Positions 20,401 through 31,000 of a stretch of 64,000 nucleotides of DNA are shown one piece after another. This DNA comes from Carpediemonas membranifera BICM (taxonomy: Eukaryota; Protista; Fornicata), in NCBI GenBank assembly GCA_019828565.1, contig JAHDYR010000004.1, positions 248,001 through 312,000 on the forward strand. Reading direction: 5' to 3'. Made by a program: the position numbers and the translations under genes. The notes beneath the pieces were generated by a model. It was not told the origin of the DNA, ran no database searches, and saw nothing but the letters and a program-made list of their open reading frames with translations. How positions within the stretch are numbered: the first letter of the stretch is position 1; each line of letters starts with the position of its first letter.

Positions 20401-22324
20401 TGCCCGCGCTCAGGGGCCGCGTCAAGGAGGCGCTGGAGAGGAGCGACGAGCTCCACGCGCACATCATCAGCGGCGACGTCGCCAAGATGCGCTCGAAGAC
20501 GCTGCTCAGAGACAAGCTGTTCGGCCCCGTCGTCCTCAACTGCCTCGACCGCGAGCGCCGGTCGCCGCTGCACAGCGCGTTCGTGCACGACCAGCCGCAG
20601 GCCTTCGCGGCGCTGCTCAAGGCCGGCTGCCTGCTCGACGACGCCTTCCCGGACGGCCACCCGCTGCTGGCCGCCGTCGCCAAGCCGCCGATGCTGGCCG
20701 CGATGCTGGCCGCGAGGGTTGACATCGACACCGTCAGCCGGAACACGACTGCGCTCGTGGTCGCCATCCAGGGCGGCCACTGGGACTCCGCGACGAAGCT
20801 GCTCGCCCGCGGCGCCGACCCCCTCCTCCCGCCGGTCGGCGTCAACGCGCTGCAGGCCGTCAAGGGCGTGGCCGACCCGCTCATGGCCGGCGTGATCCGG
20901 GCCGCCATCAACGACGCCCTGACGAAGAAGCTCAGCGACGCCATCACGCAGGGCGACACCGCTGCCGTGAAGCGGCTGCTCGCGGCGGGCGTGTCCGCGA
21001 ACGGCGTGGACGGCAAGATGCCGCCGCTCTTCGCTGCCGTCAAGGCGGGCAACTTCGACATCGTCAGCCTGCTGCTGAAGCACGGCGCCGACCGGGCCGC
21101 GACGTACAAGGGCAAGACAGCTGCCCAACGCGTGAAGAAGGGCAGCAACCTGCAGTTCTTGCTGCAGAGCCAAGCAGAACCCGCTCGTGTGAACTATGAC
21201 CTCAACGCGGACATCACGAAACCGGCGGGCAGCATCGCGTTCAGCCAGGCCGACCGCATCGGCGAGGGCGGCATGGCGGCCGTCTTCCGCGGCACGTACG
21301 GCGGCAGCGAGTGCGCCGTCAAGGTCGTCGCGCGGGCTGACCTGAACGCGATGCAGGCCGACCGACTCCAGAGCGAGATCTTCATCCACAAGCAGCTGCG
21401 CCACAGCAACGTCATCGCGCTCTACGCGCTCGAGCAGGACGACCGGGAGATCCGGCTCGCGCTCGAGCTCGCGTCGGGGTCGCTCTCGGCGCTGCTGCTC
21501 TCGAAGGCCGACCTGCCCTGGGACGCGCAGCTGAAGTTCGCGCGCGACATCGCGGCGGCCATGGCGTTCATCGTGGGCGAGGGCTACGAGCACAGGGACC
21601 TCAAGTCGCTCAACGTCCTCATCACTGGCTCCACAGCAAACCTTAGCGACTTCGGGCTGACCGCGGGGCTCGACGATCATGTGAATTTCGTCGAGGGCTC
21701 GTGGCCGTGGATGGCGCCCGAGCGCTTCGACGGCGTGGGCGGCGAGAAGGCCGACGTCTACGCCTTCGGCATCACGCTCTGGGAGATCGCCGCGCGCGAC
21801 ATCCCGTACCGCCAGGAGCGCCTCGGGCTCGACGCCATCCGCGCGCACGTGCGGGCTGGCTACCGGCCGATGATTCCCGCGGGCACGCCGGCGGCCGTGG
21901 GCGAGCTGATCCGCCGCTGCGTGGCGCCCGACCCGCGCGACCGCCCCACCTTCGCGGAGGTCGTCGCCGCGCTGCCCGACAGCGCCTCGACCGAGATGTA
22001 CACGGAGAGCTCCGTGCGCAACCACGAGGTCGGCACCTTCGCGAACGCCAGCGCCCCCGGCATGATGACGCTCGGCGAGGGCCAGCCCGCGATCATCGGA
22101 ACCGTCGGGCAGACGTTTGGTAACGCCAGCGCGCCCTGGATGACACTGTCCGAAGACGAGAGAGCAGCCGCGCTCGCCGCGATGGGCACGGTCACCGCGA
22201 CATACCGCACGAACGCGCCCAGCGCCCCGGGCCTGCGCACGCTGAACGACATGTACAGGTAAAGAGATTGGTTAGCTCAGCATTTACACCCGCCCCGCCC
22301 CATCGCCAGTCCTCCTCCGTCACA
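17403..22324 (+). repeat. Segmental duplication unit A (WD40-kinase gene with flanks)
   Basis: Begins gcgttggtgctcagcattcgggg, also found at 28047. Ends cctcctccgtcaca, also found at 31735 and inverted near 55010. Confidence 0.9.
17655..22262 (+). CDS. WD40-ankyrin-TKL kinase, paralogue A (two 7-bladed propellers, intact kinase)
   Basis: 14 GH...WD repeats in two cassettes. Ankyrin repeats (SPLHSA, TALVVA, PPLFAA). Kinase motifs IGEGGMA, CAVK, HRDLKSLN, DFG, GSWPWMAPE, DVYAFG. 5' end probably spliced. Confidence 0.9.
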   Translation: MDLNNGASSPRISRSSECRAVDHMIRDATTRVFAPEDKLHLNPIGSSPLTATDLSRVLNHLSTRPREFSMRLTEPDLTVTMRYGKLAADKPDSAIDDLLAAWNARMAECIQTMKGHTDEVFSVAFLPDGTMVTGARDGTTKLWDKRGACKTMEHGGTVWCIAVSPDGSTIASGGDDHKIKLWDQTGRLVKTLEGHTNNVWSLAFSRDGKTLVSGSYDNTVRTWDVATGECRTMEGHSFGVLSVAISPDGKTIVSGSWDYTIKVWIAESGRLEQTLARYKNSVTTVAISPDGALLASGSCNHTIRLWDTRTWECVTVLRGHASSVRSVAFSPDGRTLASGSDDNTIKFWSIDSGECFKTLRGHTDWANSVVFSPDGSTLLSGSKDKTAKQWSLGRSPELTALDQTLAQPVPAAAIVRLEGTVADLTRVLDHLSTRPREFSMRLTEPDLTVTMRYGKLAADKPDSAVDDLLAAWHARMAECIQTMKGHTADVNSVAFLPDGTMVTGSWDGTTKLWDKRGACKMSMKHGENVWCIAVSPNGSTIASGGSDRKIKLWDQTGRLVKTLEGHTNDVRSLAFSRDGKTLVSGSDDKTVRTWDVATGECRTMEGHSNWVLSVAVSPDGKTIVSGSWDYTIKVWIAESGRLEQTLEGHTNYLTTVAISPDGALLASGSGDHTIRLWDTRTWECVAILRGHTHFVISVAFSPDGRTLVSGSGDNTIKLWSIGSGECFATLRGHDNIVRCVAFSPDGSTLLSGSDDKTAKQWHIKHSPEIEEVCAQPTLGADIRLPSDDSPLNIRDLARVVIHILATGLPRSFEMRLAHPEYTVSLGPTGFTTSQAADVEALLELLNRHLVMQKLLAETRALNAVDEALYVAADLSDAKRLLAAAGPHATQHEARVLALRTDLARLQPVQALAKDPMPALRGRVKEALERSDELHAHIISGDVAKMRSKTLLRDKLFGPVVLNCLDRERRSPLHSAFVHDQPQAFAALLKAGCLLDDAFPDGHPLLAAVAKPPMLAAMLAARVDIDTVSRNTTALVVAIQGGHWDSATKLLARGADPLLPPVGVNALQAVKGVADPLMAGVIRAAINDALTKKLSDAITQGDTAAVKRLLAAGVSANGVDGKMPPLFAAVKAGNFDIVSLLLKHGADRAATYKGKTAAQRVKKGSNLQFLLQSQAEPARVNYDLNADITKPAGSIAFSQADRIGEGGMAAVFRGTYGGSECAVKVVARADLNAMQADRLQSEIFIHKQLRHSNVIALYALEQDDREIRLALELASGSLSALLLSKADLPWDAQLKFARDIAAAMAFIVGEGYEHRDLKSLNVLITGSTANLSDFGLTAGLDDHVNFVEGSWPWMAPERFDGVGGEKADVYAFGITLWEIAARDIPYRQERLGLDAIRAHVRAGYRPMIPAGTPAAVGELIRRCVAPDPRDRPTFAEVVAALPDSASTEMYTESSVRNHEVGTFANASAPGMMTLGEGQPAIIGTVGQTFGNASAPWMTLSEDERAAALAAMGTVTATYRTNAPSAPGLRTLNDMYR

Positions 22325-22860
22325 TGTCGGGCTCCTTGCATGTGTCCACTTGGCAGCAGGCAGGGTCCTATTTTCACCGGACGACGATCCGAGAGGAAGC
22401 GAACCAGGCGGAAGGGATTGAAATCGAACAAGCTCCATAGGCGCGTGTTGACCATTCATGACCTCCTCTGCGTATTCACGTTCTATTTAGCGGGCTTAGA
22501 TTAGTGAAGCATGCCCTTGCCCTGCTGACGAGGGGCCCGGTCGACTGTCGTGGGGCTGCTTGATCCTAGTCTGGCAGGAAGAGCAATCAATATCGCTCAT
22601 GTAGGTTGCGGCAAATACCACACAAGCACTCTTCTGATCACACTGGTTTCATATGTCGGTCCAGCAAGGGCATTTGACTCGATCGAGTCAAATTGATCCT
22701 GGTCCCCGTGATGCGAATGGCGCAGATCTTTTTCGTTGCTACAGCCCAGTGGACGTTGATTATGCCTCGTATAGCTTAAAAGACGTAAATACTGAATGTT
22801 ACATAATACCAGGCAGAGGATATGTACACGCATAACATCTGATCGCTTGCATATGAGCGA

Positions 22861-25800
22861 GTGCAGATAAGAATGGGATTCTCCCTAAATCTCGCCTCTT
22901 TGCGCCATGGGAGAGCGGAGAGCGAGATACCCCGTCTTCGCGAGGAGTATGGGACGAATTCAATGGACACTCATCCTCCGAGCCTAATTCGCCTGCTAGT
23001 CACGCAGGTAATCCACCCCTTCTACTTATTCCAGGTAGTTTCCTTCATTTTCTGGGCAATCGATGACTACCTCGTCTATGCGTGCTGCATTTTGCTCATC
23101 TCCACATTTAGTGCCATTGTCGAAACCTTTCAGACCCGGCGCTCCCAGCTCCGCCTGTACAAGATGGCCAGACAGGACGGAACATGCACTGTTATTCGCC
23201 GCCAGACCGGTGGCATCTCTTCTGTGACGATTCCCGTCGACGACATCGTCCCCGGCGACCTTGTCCGCCTCTACCACGGCGACAATGTCCCCTGCGACAT
23301 CGTACTCACCTCAGGCGACGTGGTGGTCAACGAGGCCACGCTTACCGGCGAGTCGACCCCTACGCTGAAGACACCGCTCATTCCAGACGACGAGGACGAA
23401 GTGCTCGACCCCGATGACGTCTCCAGCCGACACGTGCTGTATTCTGGTACTACGGTAGTCCAAACCCGCACAGCTTCCGGCCACGCGTACGGTATTTCCA
23501 TCCGCACCGGCTTCTCGACTGCGAAGGGCAAGATGATCATGTCGATCATGAACCCGCCCGAGAAGGGCGCCTTCACCTTCTACCGCGACTCCATCCGCTT
23601 CCTGTTCGTCATGTGTGGTCTATCAGTCATCGGATTCCTCGTCTCGCTGTACTTCTTCATCAAACTCCATGTTAGCTGGAAGGTGATTGCCCTTCAAGCT
23701 GGAGACATCATCACCATTGTTGTGCCCCCAGCCCTGCCCGCCTGCATGTCCGTCGGCACGTCCTTCGCCATGGGCTTCCTCCGCAAGAAACACATCCAGT
23801 GCGTCGCCCCCCAGCACATCAACGTCGCGGGCAAGGTCAAGACAGTCGTCTTCGACAAGACGGGCACCCTCACCGAGGACCACCTGGCCCTGCACGGCGT
23901 CATCCACTCGGGGGACAGTGCGGCGGACCAACCGACCCCTCTGATGAGAACGGCCCTCGCATGCTGTCACACGCTGGCCACACATGACGGCGGACTCATC
24001 GGCGACGTTCTCGAGCAGATCATGCTCCATGAGTCCGAGGCTGTCATGAGGGACGGCCACCAGGTCGAACAGGACCGGTCCGTGCGAGAGGAGAGCAGCA
24101 CATCAACTGATGAAACATCCCAGGACGGCTTCGTCCCCATCCGCAGCTCCTACTCGCCAGGGTCACCCCCAGAATCTCTCCAGAACCACATACCATGCGG
24201 TCTGAAGTCCGCCTTCGCCACCCCGTACCTCTCTGAGGCAGCCTCACCCCTGGGGTCGACCCGGAAGTTCCCGGACCTGGATATGGTCATGGAGCCCATC
24301 GACTTCATCGCCGAGTCGTCTGTAGCCGCTGTACTCTCGTTCCCGGGCCGCACGATCCCCGACATTCACGTGGTCCGCCGCTTCCCCTTCGAGTCGAGTC
24401 TGCAGCGCATGTCTGTCGTCGTCTGTCGGCCCGTGCTGACCATATTTACCAAAGGGTCGCCCGAGCGGATCATATCCCACTGCGATCCCGCCACCATCCC
24501 CTCTAATCTCGCCCGGGTGCTGGAGGACGAGGCGTCTGCTGGCAGGCGAGTCATTGCAGTGGCATACAAGGACCTCGACACCTCCCTCGCACCCGAGCTC
24601 GACCAGGTTTCCAGGGCCGAGCTCGAGGCAGACCTGACCTTCGTGGGCCTAGTATCCTTCGTCAACCCCCTCCGGGAGGACACGCTCGAGTGTCTCGGGG
24701 TCCTACGCCGCGCCAACATCAGGACCATCATGTGCACGGGCGACAACCCACACACTGCAGTCGCAGTCGCCCGTCACGCCGGCATGATCACCGACGAGGT
24801 CCTGTACGTCATCCCAGACGACCAGACGGACGGCGTCCTCGTGGTCGACTCCCCCGACCCAGCCGAGGCCACGTGCGCCATCGACCCCAGCACTCTCGAG
24901 TTTACTGCCCACTCGCCCACCGGCCTGTGCTATCGTCACGACTCGTGTTCCAGCAAGGACAGCCTGCTCGGTGCGTCCCTCCCCTCGGTCCCGTACCCCT
25001 ACGCTCTGGTCGTCACGGGCTCATCATTCGATCGGCTCTTGACAATGGCCAGGAAGAACGACCCACCCCGCTCCGTGGACTTCGTCGACCTCGTGTGCGC
25101 CAGAGTTGCTGTGTTTGCTCGAATGACTCCTGAGAACAAAGCTGACGCCGTCCGGATGCTACAAAAGCGGACTGGCGTGCTCACGGCCATGATTGGGGAC
25201 GGAGCCAACGACTGCAACAGTCTGAAGGCCGCCGACGTCGGCATCTCCCTCTCCTCCTCGGAGGCCTCCATCGCTGCCCCCTTTACGTCCACGGCAGGCT
25301 CTATCAGGGCGGTGATCGACGTCCTCCGCCACGGTCGGTGCGCTCTGGTGACGTCGTTCCAGGCGTTCAAGTACATGGCGCTCTACTCGATGATTCAGTT
25401 CATCAGCGTCATCTCGTTGTACAGGATTAACACTGATTTATCGAACGGTGAGTTCATTTACATTGATCTCTTCCTAATCCTGCCCCTCGCATTCAGTATG
25501 AGTCGCGCCAAGCCCGTCGACATGCTGGTCAAGCGAACTCCCCCCGCCAAGCTTGTCGGCGGGACCATCCTCTCCTCCCTGCTCGGCCAGATCCTCATCG
25601 TCCTCGTGCTCCAGGTGGTTCTCCAGGTGTACGTCGTCCACCGTCCATGGTACGTCGAGATCAGCGCCAACCCCGATACATCGAACACTTATTCGATGCT
25701 CGTCACAACGGTGTTCTGTCTCAGCGCCACGATGTACCTGAGCACAGCTGTCTCCTTCAGTCTCGGCCGGCCATGGCGCCAAGGCCTCCACCGCAACTTC

Positions 25801-26109
25801 ATCCTCGTCGCCTCTGTGGTCGTTCTTATCGTTACCACAGCCATCCTCGTCCTCGGACAGCTCCCGTTCGTGCTCCATTGGATGGAAATGACCCCTACTC
25901 CTCTGGAGTTCAGGGTCGTCGTCTTTATATTCGCTGTGTTGTTCGTCGTGCTGTCTGTATCGTGGGAAGCGGTGACCATGCAGTATAGGCTGTATAGCAG
26001 GGTGAAGAGACTTGTCATGCCCCGCAAACACCTCAGGGCAACGAAGCAGCGCAGTAAGAGGATTCGGCTCATTGAGCGGCATCTGGAAAAGGTCTGGGAC
26101 GTTGATTGA
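22861..26109 (+). CDS. P5B-type ATPase (ATP13A/Ypk9 family)
   Basis: PFYLFQ, TGES, PPALP (P5B), DKTGTLT, KGSPE, TGDN, GDGANDC, FKYMALYS. 5' exons upstream of 22861 not resolved. Confidence 0.92.
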   Translation: MQIRMGFSLNLASLRHGRAESEIPRLREEYGTNSMDTHPPSLIRLLVTQVIHPFYLFQVVSFIFWAIDDYLVYACCILLISTFSAIVETFQTRRSQLRLYKMARQDGTCTVIRRQTGGISSVTIPVDDIVPGDLVRLYHGDNVPCDIVLTSGDVVVNEATLTGESTPTLKTPLIPDDEDEVLDPDDVSSRHVLYSGTTVVQTRTASGHAYGISIRTGFSTAKGKMIMSIMNPPEKGAFTFYRDSIRFLFVMCGLSVIGFLVSLYFFIKLHVSWKVIALQAGDIITIVVPPALPACMSVGTSFAMGFLRKKHIQCVAPQHINVAGKVKTVVFDKTGTLTEDHLALHGVIHSGDSAADQPTPLMRTALACCHTLATHDGGLIGDVLEQIMLHESEAVMRDGHQVEQDRSVREESSTSTDETSQDGFVPIRSSYSPGSPPESLQNHIPCGLKSAFATPYLSEAASPLGSTRKFPDLDMVMEPIDFIAESSVAAVLSFPGRTIPDIHVVRRFPFESSLQRMSVVVCRPVLTIFTKGSPERIISHCDPATIPSNLARVLEDEASAGRRVIAVAYKDLDTSLAPELDQVSRAELEADLTFVGLVSFVNPLREDTLECLGVLRRANIRTIMCTGDNPHTAVAVARHAGMITDEVLYVIPDDQTDGVLVVDSPDPAEATCAIDPSTLEFTAHSPTGLCYRHDSCSSKDSLLGASLPSVPYPYALVVTGSSFDRLLTMARKNDPPRSVDFVDLVCARVAVFARMTPENKADAVRMLQKRTGVLTAMIGDGANDCNSLKAADVGISLSSSEASIAAPFTSTAGSIRAVIDVLRHGRCALVTSFQAFKYMALYSMIQFISVISLYRINTDLSNGEFIYIDLFLILPLAFSMSRAKPVDMLVKRTPPAKLVGGTILSSLLGQILIVLVLQVVLQVYVVHRPWYVEISANPDTSNTYSMLVTTVFCLSATMYLSTAVSFSLGRPWRQGLHRNFILVASVVVLIVTTAILVLGQLPFVLHWMEMTPTPLEFRVVVFIFAVLFVVLSVSWEAVTMQYRLYSRVKRLVMPRKHLRATKQRSKRIRLIERHLEKVWDVD

Positions 26110-26685
26110 CACGACGTTAAATACTGCAGAAATGAATTTAAGGGAAGAGGTGTGTCAACGTGGTTGGGAGGTTGGTCAAGGTGAATCTCAGGATCGAGAA
26201 TTCGAGGATCTCAATGTCACTTTCGGTCAAGCCACAAACTGAGGCGACACGGCTTGTTCCCAGGACCTCTACTAGAAAAGGAGGGGTCGCGTCACAGCAC
26301 GGAGACTAAGGGAACTGACGAACCGACGCCTGGCGGCAGACGGTCAAGCATCCTAGATGGCGAGATAGCTTGCGCGTATCCACAGATTCTCTTAGATGGC
26401 AATGATATGCGGGTAAAATGGACGCCGGTGTAGGCGTTGGAAATGGACATATGATATAGCAGCAAGCAAGATTCATCGCACAATCCTTTATATGATTAGA
26501 ACTTGCCCACCGAGAACCTGTAATTGGTCTTTTCACAGCAATCAGTGCGCTATCATGATGTGGAATTCCTCCGCCAACTGGAATGTTTCCCATGTCGATA
26601 TGTTTGTGGTGTGTTTCTCCACTAATTGCATGAGATCTCGCTAAATACCTTAAACTATCCAGAAAACCTCATATTTACAGCCACC

Positions 26686-27563
26686 TTAATCCACATCCAC
26701 ATCAACATCAAGACCTGCGCTGGTCGTTTGCCGCGCGTTGTACTCCTTCTGGATCTCCTTAGCTCCGGCCTTGATCCCAACCTTCGCACCCTTCGCGCCG
26801 AGGATCATGAGCTTCTTAGACATCTTTCCCATGGTCTTCATGCCCTTCCTGGTGCTGCTGTCGGGGTCCTGCAGCTGAGACACGGTCTTGCGGCTCATCG
26901 TCGCCGCTGCCTTGCGGGTGGTGCTGTTCTCATCGGCCAGCTGGCGGGCGGCCATGCGAGTGCCCTTAGCAGCTGCTTTGCGGGTGGCGCTGTCCTCGGT
27001 CGTGAGCTGGCTGTATGTGGTTCTGCCGAACTTGGCGGCTGCCTTCCTAGTGGTGCTGTCCTCGGTCGTCAGCTGCTGCTGGATCGTCATGGCAGCGAAG
27101 ATGCCGCCCTTCTTCATCGTGCGGCGGAGAGCGGAGTTCTCATCCGCGAGCTGGCGGCGGAACTCCGAGTCCTCGTCCGTCAACTGATTGGCGGCAATGC
27201 GGCCAACGCGGTTCATTCCTTGGCGCATGACAGAGTTCTCGTCTGCCATTTGCTTTTGGAGGATGCGGCCGGTAGCTCTAGCGACCTCCTTTTTCTGGTC
27301 TGGGGTCAAGGAGTCGTTGAGGGAGGACATGATCGTCTCCAGGCGCTCGCCGTTGGTCGCTTTGGGGTTAAGAGCAATGCCCTTCACGAAAGCAGTGGTA
27401 GCTGCGGAACTTACCGCAGCCGCAGTCGTGCTATCGAGTTCCTTGATCATATCTGAGGCAAGTTGGGTTCCAACTTGAAGATTGACCACGTCTTTCATCG
27501 TCTCCTTCACCTCAGATGTGAGAATCTCATCTGCAGGCTCCATCTGCTGGTTTGCATAGGACA
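26686..27563 (-). CDS. Hypothetical protein with 22-aa tandem helical repeats
   Basis: About 7 copies of Q(L/M)xxExSxxRxxxxxxxxxxxx. First ATG at 27563 (MSYANQQ). Confidence 0.7.
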
Positions 27564-28046
27564 TTGCTGTGTGTACGCTTGATAACCTGACAACAGGGTT
27601 GTTTTGCCCCTGCGAAATTACGTAACTCCATTTATGGTGTACATTCACTCCCCCAGCACTGCCGCGGCATGAAACGTACCAACTTCTTGTTGCCTTTATC
27701 TCCCCTCACGGGCCGTTCACCCCGAGCAAATCACACCCCGCAGTTTAAGGAAATTCGACAGATTTGATTGCATCGTATTCCATCCCTTGCTGGTGGTCAA
27801 CAGCATGCCAGTGCCGCTGTCGCATGTTCTTGAACAACGTCAACACTCGAGTTCTGCCCGGTATTCCACTGAATTTCAGTGATGAGGATCGTGCCTTGTT
27901 CCCTTTTCTATTTTCCAGAACAGCGATCTGGCCAAACCTGATGAGGCCAAGTACGGAGGCTCGAGACAACAGCCGAGTATCCTGCGAGTCACGCTTGACT
28001 GTGGCGTTTGGGCGGACAGAAGACGAGGTAACCAGTCCGATTTGAG

Positions 28047-31000
28047 GCGTTGGTGCTCAGCATTCGGGGCATATTAGGGCTGAGTGCCACTCTTTCATCT
28101 TGACAAGCACGAACTTTTGAGACGTCACGATGTCGGACTGCTCAAAGTCGCTGACACGAAGACCATCCAAAACTCAGCGAGATGAATCAGTGACGATGCA
28201 GAAAGTTCGTTCCACGCCACCCATTTACGCAGCTGGTACGTTCCCCGCCACTTTGGCGCAGAGATGCAGCCCGCGGCGAGTTCAAGAGCGCTAACACAGT
28301 GGATCTTAACAATGGTGCGTCCTCCCCGAGAATCTCACGCAGCAGCGAGTGCAGAGCAGTCGATCACATGATCAGAGACGCCACGACGCGCATCTTCGCC
28401 CCAGAGGACAAGCTCCACATCAATCCCATCGGATCCTCGCCCCTCACCGCTACAGACCTCAGCCGCGTCCTCGACCACCTCTCGACATTGGACGTGCTGC
28501 CCAGAGAGTTCAGCATGAGGCTGACTGAGCCCGACATCACTGTCACGATGAGGTATGGCAAGCTGGCCGCCGACAAGCCCGACAGCGCCGTCGACGACCT
28601 GCTCGCTGCCTGGCATGCGAGGATGGCCGAGTGCATCCAGACGATGAAGGGTCACACCGATGCGGTGTTCAGCGTCGCCTTCCTCCCTGACGGCACCATG
28701 GTCACTGGGTCATGGGATGCGACGACCAAGCTGTGGGGCAAGCGCGGCGTGTGCACGACGACGATGGAGCATGGCGGGTCTGTTCGGTGCATCGCCGTCT
28801 CCCCGGACGGGTCGACCATCGCCTCGGGCGGGAGTGACTGCAAGATCAAGCTGTGGAGGCGCGGCAGACTCGTCAAGACGCTCGAGGGGCACACCAATAA
28901 TGTGAACAGCCTCGCCTTCTCCCGAGACGGCAAGACGCTGGTGTCCGGATCATTTGACAAGACAGTCAGGTCGTGGGACGTCGCCACCGGCGAGTGCAGG
29001 ACGATGGAAGAGCACTCAGATTGGGTGCGCTCCGTCGCCATCTCCCCCGATGGCAAGACCATCGTCTCTGGATCAAGAGATGACACGATCAAGGTGTGGG
29101 TCGCTGAGTCGGGCAGACTCGAGCAGACTCTGGAGGGCCACACTGATTCTGTCAACGCCGTCGCCATTTCCCCGGACGGCGCTCTGCTGGCCTCTGGGTC
29201 TTGCGACCACACCATCAGACTCTGGGACACCAGGACCTGGGAGTGCGTCACCGTCCTCAGGGGGCACGCGAGCTTTGTCAACAGCGTCGCCTTCTCGCCC
29301 GACGGCAGGACCCTCGCCTCTGGTTCTGATGACAACACCGTCAAGCTCTGGAGCATCGGCAGCGGCGAGTGCTTCGAGACGCTCAGGGGTCATGATGATT
29401 GGGTGAACAGCGTCGTCTTCTCCCCAGACGGGTCGACCCTGCTCTCTGGCTCTGACGACAAGACCGCCAAGCAGTGGCATATCAAGCACTCGCCAGAAAT
29501 CAAGGAGGTCTGCGCCCAACCCACGCTCGGCGCCGACATCCGCCTGCTGTCCGACGACTCGCCCCTCTACCTCGCCGACCTGGCGTGGGTCGTCATCCAC
29601 ATCCTCGCCACGGGCCTGCCCCGCTCCTTCGAGATGAGGCTGGCCCACCCCGAATGCACCGTCTCTCTTGGTCCTACCGGTTTCACGACGAGCCAAGCCG
29701 CCGATGTTGAAGCCCTTCTCGAACTACTCAACCGCCACCTCGTGATGCAGAAACTGTTGGCTGAAACACGTGCTCTCAACGCTGTTGACGAAGCGCTTTA
29801 CGTGGCCGCGGATCTGAGCGACGCCAAGCGCCTGCTGGCCGCCGCCGGCCCGCACGCGACGCAGCACGAGGCGCGAGTGCTCGCGCTGAGGACCGACCTC
29901 GCCCGCCTCCAGCCCGTGCAGGCGCTCGCCAAGGACCCGATGCCCGCGCTCAAGGGCCGCGTCAAGGAGGCGCTGGAGAGGAGCGACGAGCTCCACGCGC
30001 ACATCATCAGCGGCGACGTCGGCAAGATGCGCTCGAAGACGCTGCTCAGAGACAAGCTGTTCGGCCCCGTCGTCCTCAACTGCCTCGACCGCGAGCGCCG
30101 GTCGCCGCTGCACAGCGCGTTCGTGCACGACCAGCCGCAGGCCTTCGCGGCGCTGCTCAAGGCCGGCTGCCTGCTCGACGACGCCTTCCCGGACGGCCAC
30201 CCGCTGCTGGCCGCCGTCGCCAAGCCGCCGATGCTGGCCGCGATGCTGGCCGCGAGGGTTGACATCGACACCGTCAGCCGGAACACGACTGCGCTCGTGG
30301 TCGCCATCCAGGGCGGCCACTGGGACTCCGCGACGAAGCTGCTCGCCCGCGGCGCCGACCCCCTCCTCCCGCCGGTCGGCGTCAACGCGCTGCAGGCCGT
30401 CAAGGGCGTGGCCGACCCGCTCATGGCCGGCGTGATCCGGGCCGCCATCAACGACGCCCTGACGAAGCAGCTCAGCGACGCCATCATGCAGGGCGACACT
30501 GCTGCCGTGAAGCGGCTGCTCGCGGCGGGCGTGTCCGCGAACGGCGTGGAGGGCAAGATGCCGCCGCTCTTCGCTGCCGTCAAGGCGGGCAACTTCGACA
30601 TCGTCAGCCTGCTGCTGAAGCACGGCGCCGACCGGGCCGCGACGTACAAGGGCAAGACAGCTGCCCAACGCGTGAAGAAGGGCAGCAACCTGCAGTTCTT
30701 GCTGCAGAGCCAAGCAGAACCCGCTCGTGTGAACTATGACCTCAACGCGGACATCACGAAACCGGCGGGCAGCATCGCGTTCAGCCAGGCCGACCTCATC
30801 GGCGAGGGCGGCATGGCGGCCGTCTTCCGCGGCACGTACGGCGGCAGCGAGTGCGCCGTCAAGGTCGTCGCGCGGGCTGACCTGAACGCGATGCAGGCCG
30901 ACCGACTCCAGAGCGAGATCTTCATCCACAAGCAGCTGCGCCACAGCAACGTCATTGCGCTCTACGCGCTCGAGCAGGACAACCGAGAGATCCGGCTCGC

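Noticed and set aside
20184-22025. Long antisense/alternate-frame ORFs (also 29724-31436, 39063-40451, 55309-57354 and many more)
   Set aside because: Shadows of high-GC3 genes on the opposite strand; no independent motifs.
22268-22325. GGTTAGCTCAG resembling a tRNA D-arm/A-box, repeated after each kinase paralogue
   Set aside because: No T-arm GTTCRA or cloverleaf; it is simply duplicated 3' flank.
22672-22693. Perfect 22-bp palindrome ATTTGACTCGATCGAGTCAAAT upstream of the P5 ATPase ORF
   Set aside because: Single occurrence, possibly within an unresolved exon; no supporting context.
27700-28046. Possible gene fragment next to the unit B breakpoint
   Set aside because: Only short ORFs with no recognisable motif; cannot be supported.
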